A stretch of DNA of 64,000 nucleotides from Escherichia phage NHEP1: the sequence record PQ511146.1. The stretch is one strand, 5' to 3'. Shown here in pieces: positions 18,227 through 27,758 of the stretch. Numbering within the stretch: the first letter of the stretch is position 1; every line of letters begins with the position of its first letter. The position numbers and the translations under genes are program-made. The notes beneath the pieces were generated by a model that was not told where the DNA came from, searched no databases, and saw only the letters and a list, made by a program, of their open reading frames with translations.

Positions 18227-18490
18227 ATGAACATCTTGGTGTGGGTTGTAGCAGTAGCGTTTGTTGCGTGCCTCTCTTGTTGGGTTGCTGTGAGGATTTC
18301 TATAGCCACTCTTCGGAAATTAGGGTTCTCAGAGTGGGATATTAATATCCTTTCTTTTCGCAATGAGACAATCTCAGCCGCCCTGCTGTGTAAGAAGTTT
18401 AAGTGGGAACCTTGTGAGGTCATGAACTATCTAAGAACAGGAGATATTCCTGAGAGATTTAAAAAAGTTCTTGACGGCAAAGACAAATGA
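18227..18490 (+). CDS. Small membrane protein
   Basis: Hydrophobic N-terminus ILVWVVAVAFVACLSCWVAV. Confidence 0.5.
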   Translation: MNILVWVVAVAFVACLSCWVAVRISIATLRKLGFSEWDINILSFRNETISAALLCKKFKWEPCEVMNYLRTGDIPERFKKVLDGKDK

Positions 18491-18518
18491 TAGTATAGTG
18501 ACTAACAAGAGGTGAGGA

Positions 18519-18659
18519 ATGACTGATTTTACTGAAGCTTTAATGATGGCCTTATCTGTTTTAGCGCTATCGGTGTGTTTTGGGGCGTTATTCACATCTC
18601 TGGTTAAAGTTTTACATACCATATTCTCACCCAAGGAGCACAGTAATGACGAAGATTGA
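18519..18659 (+). CDS. Hydrophobic micro-protein (46 aa)
   Basis: GAGGTGAGGA RBS; overlaps next gene by 14 nt; C-terminus HSNDED resembles 11239 ORF C-terminus SNDKK. Confidence 0.35.
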   Translation: MTDFTEALMMALSVLALSVCFGALFTSLVKVLHTIFSPKEHSNDED

Positions 18660-18897
18660 CTTAAATGCTGGCGACCATGTTGTTGTCAAATGCATCGGGG
18701 ATTATCTTGGATTCACAATCGGCAATACTTACGAGGCAGTGGTGGCGAAGGTTTATCATGATAAAGTCCTCAGCCTTGTATTTGACTGCGATGATGACGG
18801 AGATGACCGTTACGTCTGTGAGGTGCTGGCACGTGACGATAGTGAAGACCAAAAATTCCTGGTTATTGAACTGAACGGTATTTTTGTAGAACGTTAA
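18646..18897 (+). CDS. Hypothetical protein
   Basis: ATG 18646 with AAGGAG RBS; track start is upstream alternative codon. Confidence 0.5.
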   Translation: MTKIDLNAGDHVVVKCIGDYLGFTIGNTYEAVVAKVYHDKVLSLVFDCDDDGDDRYVCEVLARDDSEDQKFLVIELNGIFVER

Positions 18898-18925
18898 TTT
18901 AAAACAATATAAGGAGACTCTTACT

Positions 18926-19231
18926 ATGGCTAAATCTAAAGTTGAACTGTTCACCTCTCTGCCTTCTGACATTGCAGAGCGTGATCGCCTCCGTAAAACA
19001 ATTGAAGAGCTGGTGGAACTTCAGCTTCAGATTAAAGATCTGAAAGATGCTATCAAAGATATTATTCTTGTCGAGAAGCAGGATCACTTGTATTCTCCTA
19101 AGTTTATCAAGTCATTGGTGGCTACCGAGTTCGATATCCGCTACGAAGCTGAAAAACGTCGAGCTAAAATCGAAGAGGAGGTTGAGCACATGTCTGAAGC
19201 AGACATTCTGTTCAAACGCTCTGCAGAATAA
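18926..19231 (+). CDS. Hypothetical coiled-coil-like protein
   Basis: Track ORF 101 aa; AAGGAG RBS. Confidence 0.5.
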   Translation: MAKSKVELFTSLPSDIAERDRLRKTIEELVELQLQIKDLKDAIKDIILVEKQDHLYSPKFIKSLVATEFDIRYEAEKRRAKIEEEVEHMSEADILFKRSAE

Positions 19232-19235
19232 TGAC

Positions 19236-19262
19236 AAAGAGGGGTCTTGGCCCCTCTTTTTA
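19236..19262 (+). terminator. Rho-independent terminator
   Basis: AGAGGGGTC-TTGG-CCCCTCT followed by TTTTT. Confidence 0.6.
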
Positions 19263-19284
19263 CTATCTATGAAGGAGATCAGAG

Positions 19285-19611
19285 ATGCTAATGCCGATTA
19301 CTGTAAAAGAACTAAATGAACGTGATGCAGGAGGCCTGTGGCCTGCACGGAAAATACGCTGCGTTTATATGAAAGAGAATCTTGAACACCTTGATCAACA
19401 GATTGCGGTTGGCGATATTTTCGAAGTTCTCTATTCTAATCGCCGCAACTGGGAAACCATTCAACCTTCCGGTTTTGTTCTTGCCAGACTTGATACCGGA
19501 GAAGTGATTATCCCCGGGCTGGATATTGTCTTCGAAATTATCCAGGAGTGGGATCCTGATAAGATTAAATATGAAGAGTTATTCGGCGAAGGTATTATCA
19601 AGCCTGTGTGA
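19285..19611 (+). CDS. Hypothetical protein
   Basis: Track ORF 108 aa; GAAGGAG RBS. Confidence 0.5.
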   Translation: MLMPITVKELNERDAGGLWPARKIRCVYMKENLEHLDQQIAVGDIFEVLYSNRRNWETIQPSGFVLARLDTGEVIIPGLDIVFEIIQEWDPDKIKYEELFGEGIIKPV

Positions 19612-19619
19612 GGTGGATT

Positions 19620-19919
19620 ATGTCTACAACGACAGCTAAATACTCCTATATGCCAGCAACCTCAGCAGAAATAGACTTCAGTTTCGATGTGTTTCCATTG
19701 TTTGAGATAGTCCTGGCATACCCAACAATTCTATCTACTCCTGAATCACTTGTACCTGTTAAGTTGCAGAACGCTATGCATTCCATGCACTACAACAATA
19801 AATGCAGGCACAGATGGTGTCAGGACGAGGAAAAAGATCTGGAGAGTTTGAAAGATTTTGACAGTCACCTTTTGACACCTTTTAGTTACTCAAACCTAGA
19901 CAAGCCTTCATGGGTATAG
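19620..19919 (+). CDS. Hypothetical protein
   Basis: ATG 19620; track start 19608 is GTG. Confidence 0.5.
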   Translation: MSTTTAKYSYMPATSAEIDFSFDVFPLFEIVLAYPTILSTPESLVPVKLQNAMHSMHYNNKCRHRWCQDEEKDLESLKDFDSHLLTPFSYSNLDKPSWV

Positions 19920-19943
19920 CAAAGTATCAAATTTAAGGCACAT

Positions 19944-19970
19944 AGGACGCTCTGTGGCGTCCTTTTCTTT
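19944..19970 (+). terminator. Rho-independent terminator
   Basis: AGGACGC-TCTGT-GGCGTCCT followed by TTTTCTTT. Confidence 0.6.
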
Positions 19971-20547
19971 ATCTGGTGAACGATTCCATACCTTAAGCAG
20001 TTAATATCATTACAGAGCGTTTAAAGGCGGCTTACAAGCAACTCTCTATTTCGAGCGTAGCGAGAACGCACGTCCGTTTTGACCCAAATCACCATACGCT
20101 CGGATTTTAACCAAACCCTCGCGGTGTTTCTGTTGACACATTACCGCTCCTGAAATATGCTTATAGCATCGACACGTTCCAGCCATATGTCGATAAAGTC
20201 TTATTTTTTAAACATGTTGCCGGAATACTCACGGGTGGAACATGACCAACACACATGCATCTACAGAAACATCTGGAGGAGTGAAAGAGGAAAACTTCAA
20301 TTCTGAGGATTCTCTATCTCCGTCCCAGGTGGATCCTGAGGCTGATGACCTAACGTGGGAGGATATCATAGCCATCTGGTTCTCTATTATGCCTGAGCAC
20401 GAAGAGTTCAGAGGTGGGAGACTATAAAGCACCGAGCCCACATAAGTTTATCATGCTAAAGCATGGCCTGAAGAGGCAAACGTGCATAATTCCATCGTAT
20501 TGGAACGTGTAAACCCTGTTCACACTCTCATTTCCAGAGGAGATTCC

Positions 20548-20763
20548 ATGAAAATAGAGATATTTGGTGGGGCTGACAACACTCGTGGCCTGATTTACCT
20601 TGAATTCGATGAATCATACCTGCCAGAGGTGTTAAATATAGATGCTGTTGCGGAAGCCCTTGATGTAGACCCTAAAGATCTCTACTCCCGTGCTGAGATT
20701 GATGGTTGGGAAGAGACTCTGAACATTGATTTCAGTGAAGTAGTAGATGAACCTTTGGACTGA
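20548..20763 (+). CDS. Small acidic hypothetical protein
   Basis: ATG 20548 after GAGGAG; 71 aa. Confidence 0.4.
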   Translation: MKIEIFGGADNTRGLIYLEFDESYLPEVLNIDAVAEALDVDPKDLYSRAEIDGWEETLNIDFSEVVDEPLD

Positions 20764-23270
20764 CACACAAGTCTGCTTTGCAGGTTTAGCTGCTCAGCTA
20801 AGGTTCTGGAGGCACCTATAACATCTTCCAACTAAATTTCCTACCAACACAGTTACTTACCTACCACACATGACTGTTTGCTTGTTTAGTGAGCAGTCAT
20901 CACTTGACATTCTTGCCTATCTTGATAAAATTAAGTTCTTCTCTTTTCTTTTACCGAGTAATTCGGGTTTTCTGTTCTCTTCGGTTTGAAGGGGTATGGA
21001 GATACACCTGAGTGAACAGGGTGAACAACCGAACCTTTAGCTATGGCATTAGCATGGCGAAGCGGACGGGTGACGAAAGAGGGGCCGGAGGACACCAGTC
21101 ACTGCCATATAGTATATGGGTGATAACCTGAAGAGTCTGAATAAGTGTTTAAGTACCAGTCAGAGGAAAAGGTGAATGGTAGCCGAAGGGGGAGGGGGGT
21201 TTCTTATATCTTTAATTTGTATACTTTATATACACTTGTAAACCAATTCAATTAGAATCTGTTTACCACACAAAGGGGATGGAGACAAATATCACCTATT
21301 AAACTTGAATTATTTATAGAAAATACCACAACACCCGTTAAGTCTTTGATTTTACACACAAATCTTACAAATATCCTACCTCCACATTTAACATACTTGT
21401 AACATATTCCATATCCTACCTGCCTGATCAATTTACTCCATCACATTCCCACATTTTCCCTGTCTGTACTACCCCACCCCCGCCGGGAGTCCCGTCATAT
21501 CTGGCTTTCCAGCAAATATCACACCAACAAATATCATCACCTGAAGAGGGTTTCATCCCATAATACCTGCCTTACCTGAAGAGCGCTTCATACACCACGT
21601 AAATTTTTTAATTGACCCCTCCCCGCCGCCAGAGAGGTTGGCTTTTCCCACACAGGCCTGAAGAGTCAGCCAGAAATATCTGAACAGGCAGTTATGTCCC
21701 GATTTTGTGCTTGTCCTACAGGAGTGCTGCCAGGCGGACGGAATGGGAATACTTCTCATTCTTATAATAATTCTCAAATATCGAGGCAGTGAGGCAAATT
21801 AATAGGCCAGGCCGTTCACACAGTGGCACAACATTTGCAATCTATCTTGTGTGGATGAATGAGAATACCTATCATTGTGAGAATGGTTATCATTACGGGC
21901 AATTTAACATAATACCCATTATGCGCACCACTGGCGATACATACAGGGATTGATAACATGGGTTACTGTTTACGCATATAACAATTATATTTCTTACTAT
22001 TTGTGTGGGATATAGTTAGCAACCAATAGATTAGATATTGACCTGCAGACTTCTGACCGTCCAGACGTCTAAACGCCCACACAACAAGGATTATACATAC
22101 ACTCCTGCATGTAACCAGGGCCGCAAAAATGCTACCATACCAGTTTGTAAATTTTTCATGCAGCACTTGACAAAGAGGAGAAAAACTTGTCTGACACAAT
22201 GTGACAATTTTGTCACTTTTGACACTTTTACCTTTGACACAATATGACACAATAACGGCTGTTACTATTCCATATCTCACTGTTTACGCCTGAATAGTTT
22301 ACGCAAAAACTGTTTACACAGAGATGATAAGCCATGCCATTCGTTTGCATGAAAACAATTAACAAGATAACAATTGACAAGCTAACAGCCAACAAGCTGA
22401 CAGTTAATAAGTTAATAAGTTATGACATAATATAAAAGCAGGGCAACTATTAGAAGATCTATAGTTGCCTTGCTTGTTATGTCATGATTAACTAAATACA
22501 AGGCAACTATGATCTGAATAATAGATTGCAGACAAACTATCACGGGGGTGATTGTTACTGCTTTTATATTATGTCGCGACTCCGTCGCGCCATGCCATTC
22601 GTTTGCATAGTTGCCTTATTGTTACAGGTAAAACAATTACATTATTAATTATTTCTTATCTTTCTCTTAGTCATCTAATGATTCCAGTCAGTATAGTAAT
22701 GTACAGTAAACATTAGACGACTAAATATTTCTCTGTGTATAATAACTTATCGTGACAATTTCGAACTGTTTACGAAAAATGTTGACACCTGAGCTGATTT
22801 ATGTTATGCAGTTTACACGAATAATTATTTTATGCAGGTATTGACTATTCCGTTATTCTGTGGTTGGAATAAATACTTTGCAGACTATAGAATGGCGTGC
22901 GTACGTGAATTCTGAGATCTGGCGGCTATAGTTATACTCGATTTTTCGCGTAGAACACGCTTTCGATGCTGTGTAAGTGTATGACTTATAAAGATTTTTA
23001 GTTGTTGACAAGATATTGGAGATGTGCATCAGGTTAAAATTTGTGCAATAGCGGCATTACGTGCACTTTTGGGAGAGAAAACGGGTAAAAATGGCCCTGC
23101 TACCACACAATGAAAGATTATGCAATAGTTATTTTCCATGTATATTTGTACAGTATGTGGGATTGATGGCTAGTCAATTATTCCACTTGCCAGGTAGGGC
23201 CGTTTATGGTAGGAGAAGAGCAGACAAAAAGAAAGGGGCCTTTAAGCCCCTTGATAATTCAGTTAAGAAA
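20764..23270. repeat. ORF-poor, repeat-dense non-coding zone at the convergence of plus and minus transcription blocks
   Basis: No convincing ORF of 100 aa or more; at least five short repeat families seen (see findings). Confidence 0.6.
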
Positions 23271-23690
23271 TTATAATGATTCGTATATTTCAAAAATCCG
23301 ATTTGCCAGGTCGTTACGGTAGCGGAATTTTTCATCGCGCTTGATCATTAAATCCTTATAGCCGTACTCTTTAAGCACTTCATTAACTTTATAGCGGCAT
23401 ACCTGCATATTATCTTGAGCGTCACCAATAAACTTGTTGCTGTGGTGCATTGCTTTAATTTCTTCTTCCAGGACCAGGGCAACTACCCGGACCGGATCAA
23501 GCTGATAGGCGGTAACATCTATGCGGCATTGTAGACGGCTTTTAACGTCTGCCACCGGATATACTGCAACCTCTTCCCCGTCAACATTGACAATAATTAG
23601 TTTACCATCGATTTCGAATCCTTTCGCCGCCGGACCGTGACAAAAAGCGTTATCAAAGCTATATGCCGGATTATCAGATTTAATGTTCAT
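23271..23690 (-). CDS. Hypothetical protein
   Basis: Track ORF 139 aa; ATG with AGAGG RBS. Confidence 0.5.
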   Translation of the reverse strand: MNIKSDNPAYSFDNAFCHGPAAKGFEIDGKLIIVNVDGEEVAVYPVADVKSRLQCRIDVTAYQLDPVRVVALVLEEEIKAMHHSNKFIGDAQDNMQVCRYKVNEVLKEYGYKDLMIKRDEKFRYRNDLANRIFEIYESL

Positions 23691-23834
23691 GGTGTTTTTA
23701 CCTCTTAGTTAATTTTCTTACAACTTCCCTTCAAAAAAGAATATAGCAAAACTGCCGATCCCTGTCAACAAGGGATAGCATAATTTTTATGTGATCAAGG
23801 GGCTTTATCGCCCCTGACCATGCAACCTGTTGTA

Positions 23835-24098
23835 TTATTTGTTGCTCATCCAGTTTTCCCAAGCTGCCTGATAATCTGCCTCACTACGGCGGATCTCTTC
23901 TTGTTCTTCAAGCCGGATCTCTTCTTCCAGGTACCCCAAGATGTCAGCCTTTTTAGTCTGGCGCAACATCCAATCGTCTTTTTTGCGAGTAAAGATCTTG
24001 TACGCTTTCTCGCAAACTTCTTTTTTGCTACCTTTTTGGACTTCAAGAATTCTGTAAGCCATGTACTGAACTAGTTTGAGCTGGTCAAGACGTTTCAT
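23835..24098 (-). CDS. Hypothetical protein
   Basis: Track ORF 87 aa; promoter and hairpin upstream. Confidence 0.45.
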   Translation of the reverse strand: MKRLDQLKLVQYMAYRILEVQKGSKKEVCEKAYKIFTRKKDDWMLRQTKKADILGYLEEEIRLEEQEEIRRSEADYQAAWENWMSNK

Positions 24099-24161
24099 GA
24101 TGTTTTCCTCTTTATGGGGTTCTGGTTTGGTGGGGGCCTTTTGGCCCGTGTCATTATCTTA

Positions 24162-24434
24162 TTACTTACGGCGGCAAAATTCAAGTGTTTTTAATTGATA
24201 ATCTTCCTCAGCCTGGAGTACAACCGCCTCGATCATTTCGTTGGCATTGTTGAAGCCATACCCTTGAGCGAACTCATCCGCGCCACCTTTGTGATCATGT
24301 TCTGCGTTCATCGCTTCCACAAAATGGAATTCAAGATTATTGAGGTAGGGGCTTGATGTTCCGTCCTCTTTTTCGATGAGATCCCAGATAGCGTTAAAAC
24401 GTGATTCGACTTCTTGGTTAATCCAGCTTGACAC
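24162..24434 (-). CDS. Hypothetical protein
   Basis: Track ORF 90 aa. Confidence 0.5.
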   Translation of the reverse strand: MSSWINQEVESRFNAIWDLIEKEDGTSSPYLNNLEFHFVEAMNAEHDHKGGADEFAQGYGFNNANEMIEAVVLQAEEDYQLKTLEFCRRK

Positions 24435-24537
24435 GGCGTTTTCCTCTCTTCTGGTTGTTGTGTGGGCACTTTTGCCCCTTCAAGGTAAATGCTACCCCAC
24501 CACCCGGCAGATGTCAACGGTTTTTATAGTTTTTTAT

Positions 24538-24588
24538 ATGACAGGCACCCCCGGTGATTGTCTCCCCCCGTCGCCAGGTGCCTGCCGT
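24538..24588. repeat. Imperfect hairpin element (copy A), related in inverted orientation to 33699-33880
   Basis: ACAGGCACCCCCGGTGATTGTCTCCC is the exact reverse complement of GGGAGACAATCACCGGGGGTGCCTGT at 33854-33879. Confidence 0.6.
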
Positions 24589-24639
24589 GAAATAAGCATA
24601 ACAAAAAACAGGACAAAAACAAGCCCTGTTTTGTAAAGA

Positions 24640-24843
24640 TTAGATGATCTGCATATCCTCCACGATAATTTCTAATTTCCAAATAAGATGATCTAAGCTC
24701 CCTGATAAAAATGATTCCGATACATAACCGCCATCGGATACCGTAGCAAGGATCTCGCCATTTGCTTGCTCTTTGATTTGAACATCCAGGCGGTTAGCCT
24801 TTGCTTTATTCAGGACGGCGATCAGGCGGTTAGCTGTAGTCAT
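24640..24843 (-). CDS. Hypothetical protein
   Basis: Track ORF 67 aa. Confidence 0.45.
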   Translation of the reverse strand: MTTANRLIAVLNKAKANRLDVQIKEQANGEILATVSDGGYVSESFLSGSLDHLIWKLEIIVEDMQII

Positions 24844-24927
24844 GGTGTTTTCCTTCCAGTTGTGAGCGGCACTATTGCCGCCCTACGTGATACATCTTAC
24901 ACTATCCGGCACATCATGCAAGCTATT

Positions 24928-25119
24928 TTATACTTCCTCACCTATAAAGTCGGATCTATTCTTCTCCGTCATGCGTTTAAGTAGTTCTTGCATGTTGCTG
25001 ATAGCTTGCAATGTATCTTCTTCCAGGCTTGAATCAAGATAATCAGGATCATTCTTCACCTTGCTATGATTGTGATACCGCAACGCTGCTAATACCTTTC
25101 TAACTTGTTCTGCATTCAT
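24928..25119 (-). CDS. Hypothetical protein
   Basis: Track ORF 63 aa. Confidence 0.45.
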   Translation of the reverse strand: MNAEQVRKVLAALRYHNHSKVKNDPDYLDSSLEEDTLQAISNMQELLKRMTEKNRSDFIGEEV

Positions 25120-25131
25120 TTTTATTACTCC

Positions 25132-25344
25132 TTAAAACCAGGTGCCAACCGTTTCCAATAGGTCACTGACTACCAGAACAACACCGATTAGCACATATTT
25201 AATCAGGAAGGGGATTAGCGCCAGCGCCGCTACTATGATCCCCATTGTCATGATTATTTTTCTCATGGTTAACGGTTCACGTAAGTTTTTTTTTCCCATC
25301 TTCTGATCCTCTGTTAGCATACGATAGCGATCACGCCGCCACAA
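25132..25344 (-). CDS. Small membrane protein
   Basis: Two hydrophobic segments. Confidence 0.45.
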   Translation of the reverse strand: MWRRDRYRMLTEDQKMGKKNLREPLTMRKIIMTMGIIVAALALIPFLIKYVLIGVVLVVSDLLETVGTWF

Positions 25345-25577
25345 ATAGAAGGTAAATCAAAACGGTCTAACTTGCAAGCTATTTTTAAACGAAAGGCAAC
25401 ATAAAAGAAAATTTGCAAACAATCGATCATTGTGTTAGCTGTTGAAACGCTGCCAGCATTAAACACCACCCCGCCCACGGCGTTAAACGTTGCGTTACTC
25501 ACGAAAGCGGAAAGGCAAGCGATCACGGTGGCGATCATAATGTTGCGTTTTGTCAATCTGTAGATGATGTTTTTCAT
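25314..25577 (-). CDS. Hypothetical membrane-like protein
   Basis: Start moved to ATG (MKNIIY) downstream of the promoter and GGCGGCAGCATTGCCGCC hairpin that the longer track ORF reads through. Confidence 0.45.
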   Translation of the reverse strand: MKNIIYRLTKRNIMIATVIACLSAFVSNATFNAVGGVVFNAGSVSTANTMIDCLQIFFYVAFRLKIACKLDRFDLPSICGGVIAIVC

Positions 25578-25646
25578 TCTGTCATGTTGGCGGCAGCATT
25601 GCCGCCCTACGAAATACATTCTACCCGATTTGTAATTGTTGTCAAA

Positions 25647-25916
25647 CTAATTTTTCAAGCTCGACCAGTCAAAACACGGCGGGATCTCGTTAAAACTTGT
25701 GCCCTGTAAAGCACATAATTTTTTAGCAATAGCCGCCGTGACCTGGCGCTGTACGCGCGGATCTGCTACTGATTGGAGAAAGTAGGCGGCTTTATACGTG
25801 ATCATGCTTTCGCCTGTTTCCTTGCTAACATGATGCACTATTTTAGCCTTATCATCTTTTACCAGGGTGTAACCGGATTCGATGGCCTTGATTGCAACGT
25901 CCAATGATATTTTCAT
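25647..25916 (-). CDS. Hypothetical protein
   Basis: Track ORF 89 aa. Confidence 0.5.
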   Translation of the reverse strand: MKISLDVAIKAIESGYTLVKDDKAKIVHHVSKETGESMITYKAAYFLQSVADPRVQRQVTAAIAKKLCALQGTSFNEIPPCFDWSSLKN

Positions 25917-25963
25917 GATTTATCTCTTTATTGATGGCGGGGAATACTCCCCCGCCTTATTAA

Positions 25964-26134
25964 TTACTCTTCATCGTCGCCGTTATAGTATTCAATGCCG
26001 TTTTCATCGGTTACGGTAATATTAACGCCACCGATAGCAACACGATCACGGGCAAACGTCATGGCTTCATTTAAATCTTCAGACCAAAAAATATTGTGAC
26101 CTTTGCGCGATACGTAAAACATAGTCGGGATCAT
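25964..26134 (-). CDS. Small ORF (56 aa)
   Basis: Not in track; ATG preceded by promoter plus GC-clamp hairpin cassette; translation MIPTMFYVSRKGHNIFWSEDLNEAMTFARDRVAIGGVNITVTDENGIEYYNGDDEE. Confidence 0.4.
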   Translation of the reverse strand: MIPTMFYVSRKGHNIFWSEDLNEAMTFARDRVAIGGVNITVTDENGIEYYNGDDEE

Positions 26135-26216
26135 GATTTGTTTCTCTTTTGTTGTGAGCGGGAAACCATTTCCCGCCCTATGTGATACATCTTAAACTAA
26201 TTTAAAACGTTGTCAA
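26135..26216 (-). promoter_or_regulatory. Promoter (TTGACA-N16-TAAGAT) followed by GC-clamp 5'UTR stem-loop (PeSL-like cassette)
   Basis: Minus-strand hexamers map to plus 26211-26216 and 26189-26194; hairpin GAGCGGGAAACCATTTCCCGCCC at 26156-26178. Confidence 0.5.
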
Positions 26217-26446
26217 TTATTTTCAAAAAATTTTTCTGCCGTGATATTCTTCCCGGTAGGGTTCGCTACTTTCAAAATTTTATCATGCACTGGACGCCCA
26301 AAAGAATAAGCGCCGTACACAGTGCACCAATAATCGCCGTCAGGCTGTACTATTACCGCCGCATAGGGTACGCCTTTTTCGTTTTTGCTGACAAAATAGA
26401 TCACATTGCCATTAATAGCCTCAGCGCGTTTAATTTGTTCCATCAT
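26213..26446 (-). CDS. Hypothetical protein
   Basis: Track ORF 77 aa. Confidence 0.5.
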   Translation of the reverse strand: MMEQIKRAEAINGNVIYFVSKNEKGVPYAAVIVQPDGDYWCTVYGAYSFGRPVHDKILKVANPTGKNITAEKFFENN

Positions 26447-26509
26447 GATGATTCACCTATCTTTATTTTTTCATAGTTTCAGGAGGGGCCTTTTTCGGCC
26501 CCGCCAGGC

Positions 26510-26794
26510 TTATTTATTGATGGCGTGCAGCGGGAAAGGTACGCCAGGTTGATAGATAACTTTTACAACCTCATCAGGGCAAAAGAAGTTACAAAATTCA
26601 CCCCGATAAGCTTCATCTTCTTTTAATTCTTCATCAACATACTCAAAAAAGTAGTCGATGCTTGGATAATCCTGGCCGGGATTATAGTCAACCATTGTCA
26701 GGACCAGTTCAAGATCGTTGCGTAGGATATGCATACCTGCTTTTAAGTATTTTGCTTCCATTTCTACTACATCGCCAACGGTAACAATAGCCAT
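26510..26794 (-). CDS. Hypothetical protein
   Basis: Track ORF 94 aa. Confidence 0.5.
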   Translation of the reverse strand: MAIVTVGDVVEMEAKYLKAGMHILRNDLELVLTMVDYNPGQDYPSIDYFFEYVDEELKEDEAYRGEFCNFFCPDEVVKVIYQPGVPFPLHAINK

Positions 26795-26998
26795 GGTTTT
26801 AACTCCTATCTATCTGGTTAATGATTGGAGGCCTCACCGCTCCCCCGACACCCTTTATTATCCATATTGTAGGACTTGATGCAAGTACTTCTTTAAAAAT
26901 TTTTAAGCGCCTTGAGGCCGCTGTAACGCCAAAATAATAAAGGCCATGCGGTTGCATAGCCATTAGATGATTATATCGCTGTAGGCCCTGCTGGGGCC

Positions 26999-27349
26999 TT
27001 ATTTTGCATTATTTCCTATATTGCCGCTACGGTACCAGCGTTTACGGTGAAAATGGTAATAATCGCCATCGGCATTAAACATCAGATGGTTTTCAATAAC
27101 CAGCTTACGAAGGTGGGCCGGATCTTGTTCCATTCTTGCCAGATTCTGGCGGCTGTTACGTAAGCGGATAAATTCCATATTCAGGCCGTTGATTGCAGCA
27201 TGGATGTCAAAGTAACCACCTTTGAGACGTTCACGCATGGCGTTAATCTCAACACAATATACAGATTTCTCACAAATCAAGGTATTAGCCAGGGCGCGGA
27301 CCTGGGCAAGGGGGTTAAGCTCATTAAGGTAATATAGTTTTACTTTCAT
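26999..27349 (-). CDS. Hypothetical protein
   Basis: Track ORF 116 aa. Confidence 0.5.
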   Translation of the reverse strand: MKVKLYYLNELNPLAQVRALANTLICEKSVYCVEINAMRERLKGGYFDIHAAINGLNMEFIRLRNSRQNLARMEQDPAHLRKLVIENHLMFNADGDYYHFHRKRWYRSGNIGNNAK

Positions 27350-27366
27350 AAAATAACCTGCTGAAA

Positions 27367-27672
27367 CTAGTTTGAGAAAACATCGTTCACAATAGCGATC
27401 ACAATGCCGTTCACCTTGTCACGGTCAACAATGCACAAATCACCATAGATCATGTGGTAGTCTGGATGATCTTTGACGGAATAGTCAATCAATGTTTTCT
27501 TATCATCCAGCTTACCAACTTCCATTCTCATAACGATATGAGAATCATCAAAGGCATTATTCCGAAAAGTCATAACCTGACCGCCAGGGCACCCAGTGAT
27601 TTCCACCTCCACGCCGTCTACGATCTGACCATCAAAGAAATAAAGATTATTAGCCTGGATAAACATGATCAT
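27367..27672 (-). CDS. Hypothetical protein
   Basis: Track ORF 101 aa. Confidence 0.5.
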   Translation of the reverse strand: MIMFIQANNLYFFDGQIVDGVEVEITGCPGGQVMTFRNNAFDDSHIVMRMEVGKLDDKKTLIDYSVKDHPDYHMIYGDLCIVDRDKVNGIVIAIVNDVFSN

Positions 27673-27716
27673 TACTCCTTTTTTGCACTGATTATTTTAA
27701 CAGGGTTTAAATTTAC

Positions 27717-27756
27717 TTTATTGATGGCCCTGGAATCAAGGCCATCTAAAAATAAA
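27717..27756. repeat. Conserved 40-bp hairpin cassette TTTATTGATGGCCCTG..CAAGGCCATCTAAAAATAAA (copy 1 of 3)
   Basis: Near-identical copies at 31423-31462 and 32045-32084. Confidence 0.6.
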
Positions 27757-27758
27757 TT

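Noticed and set aside
20764-23270. Possible CRISPR array in the repeat-rich non-coding zone
   Set aside because: Repeats are short, heterogeneous families without regular repeat-spacer periodicity, and no cas genes are present.
19920-23270. tRNA gene cluster, as found in some large virulent phages
   Set aside because: No convincing cloverleaf-compatible segments with a GTTCGA-type T-loop were found by eye; this cannot be excluded without a dedicated tRNA scan.
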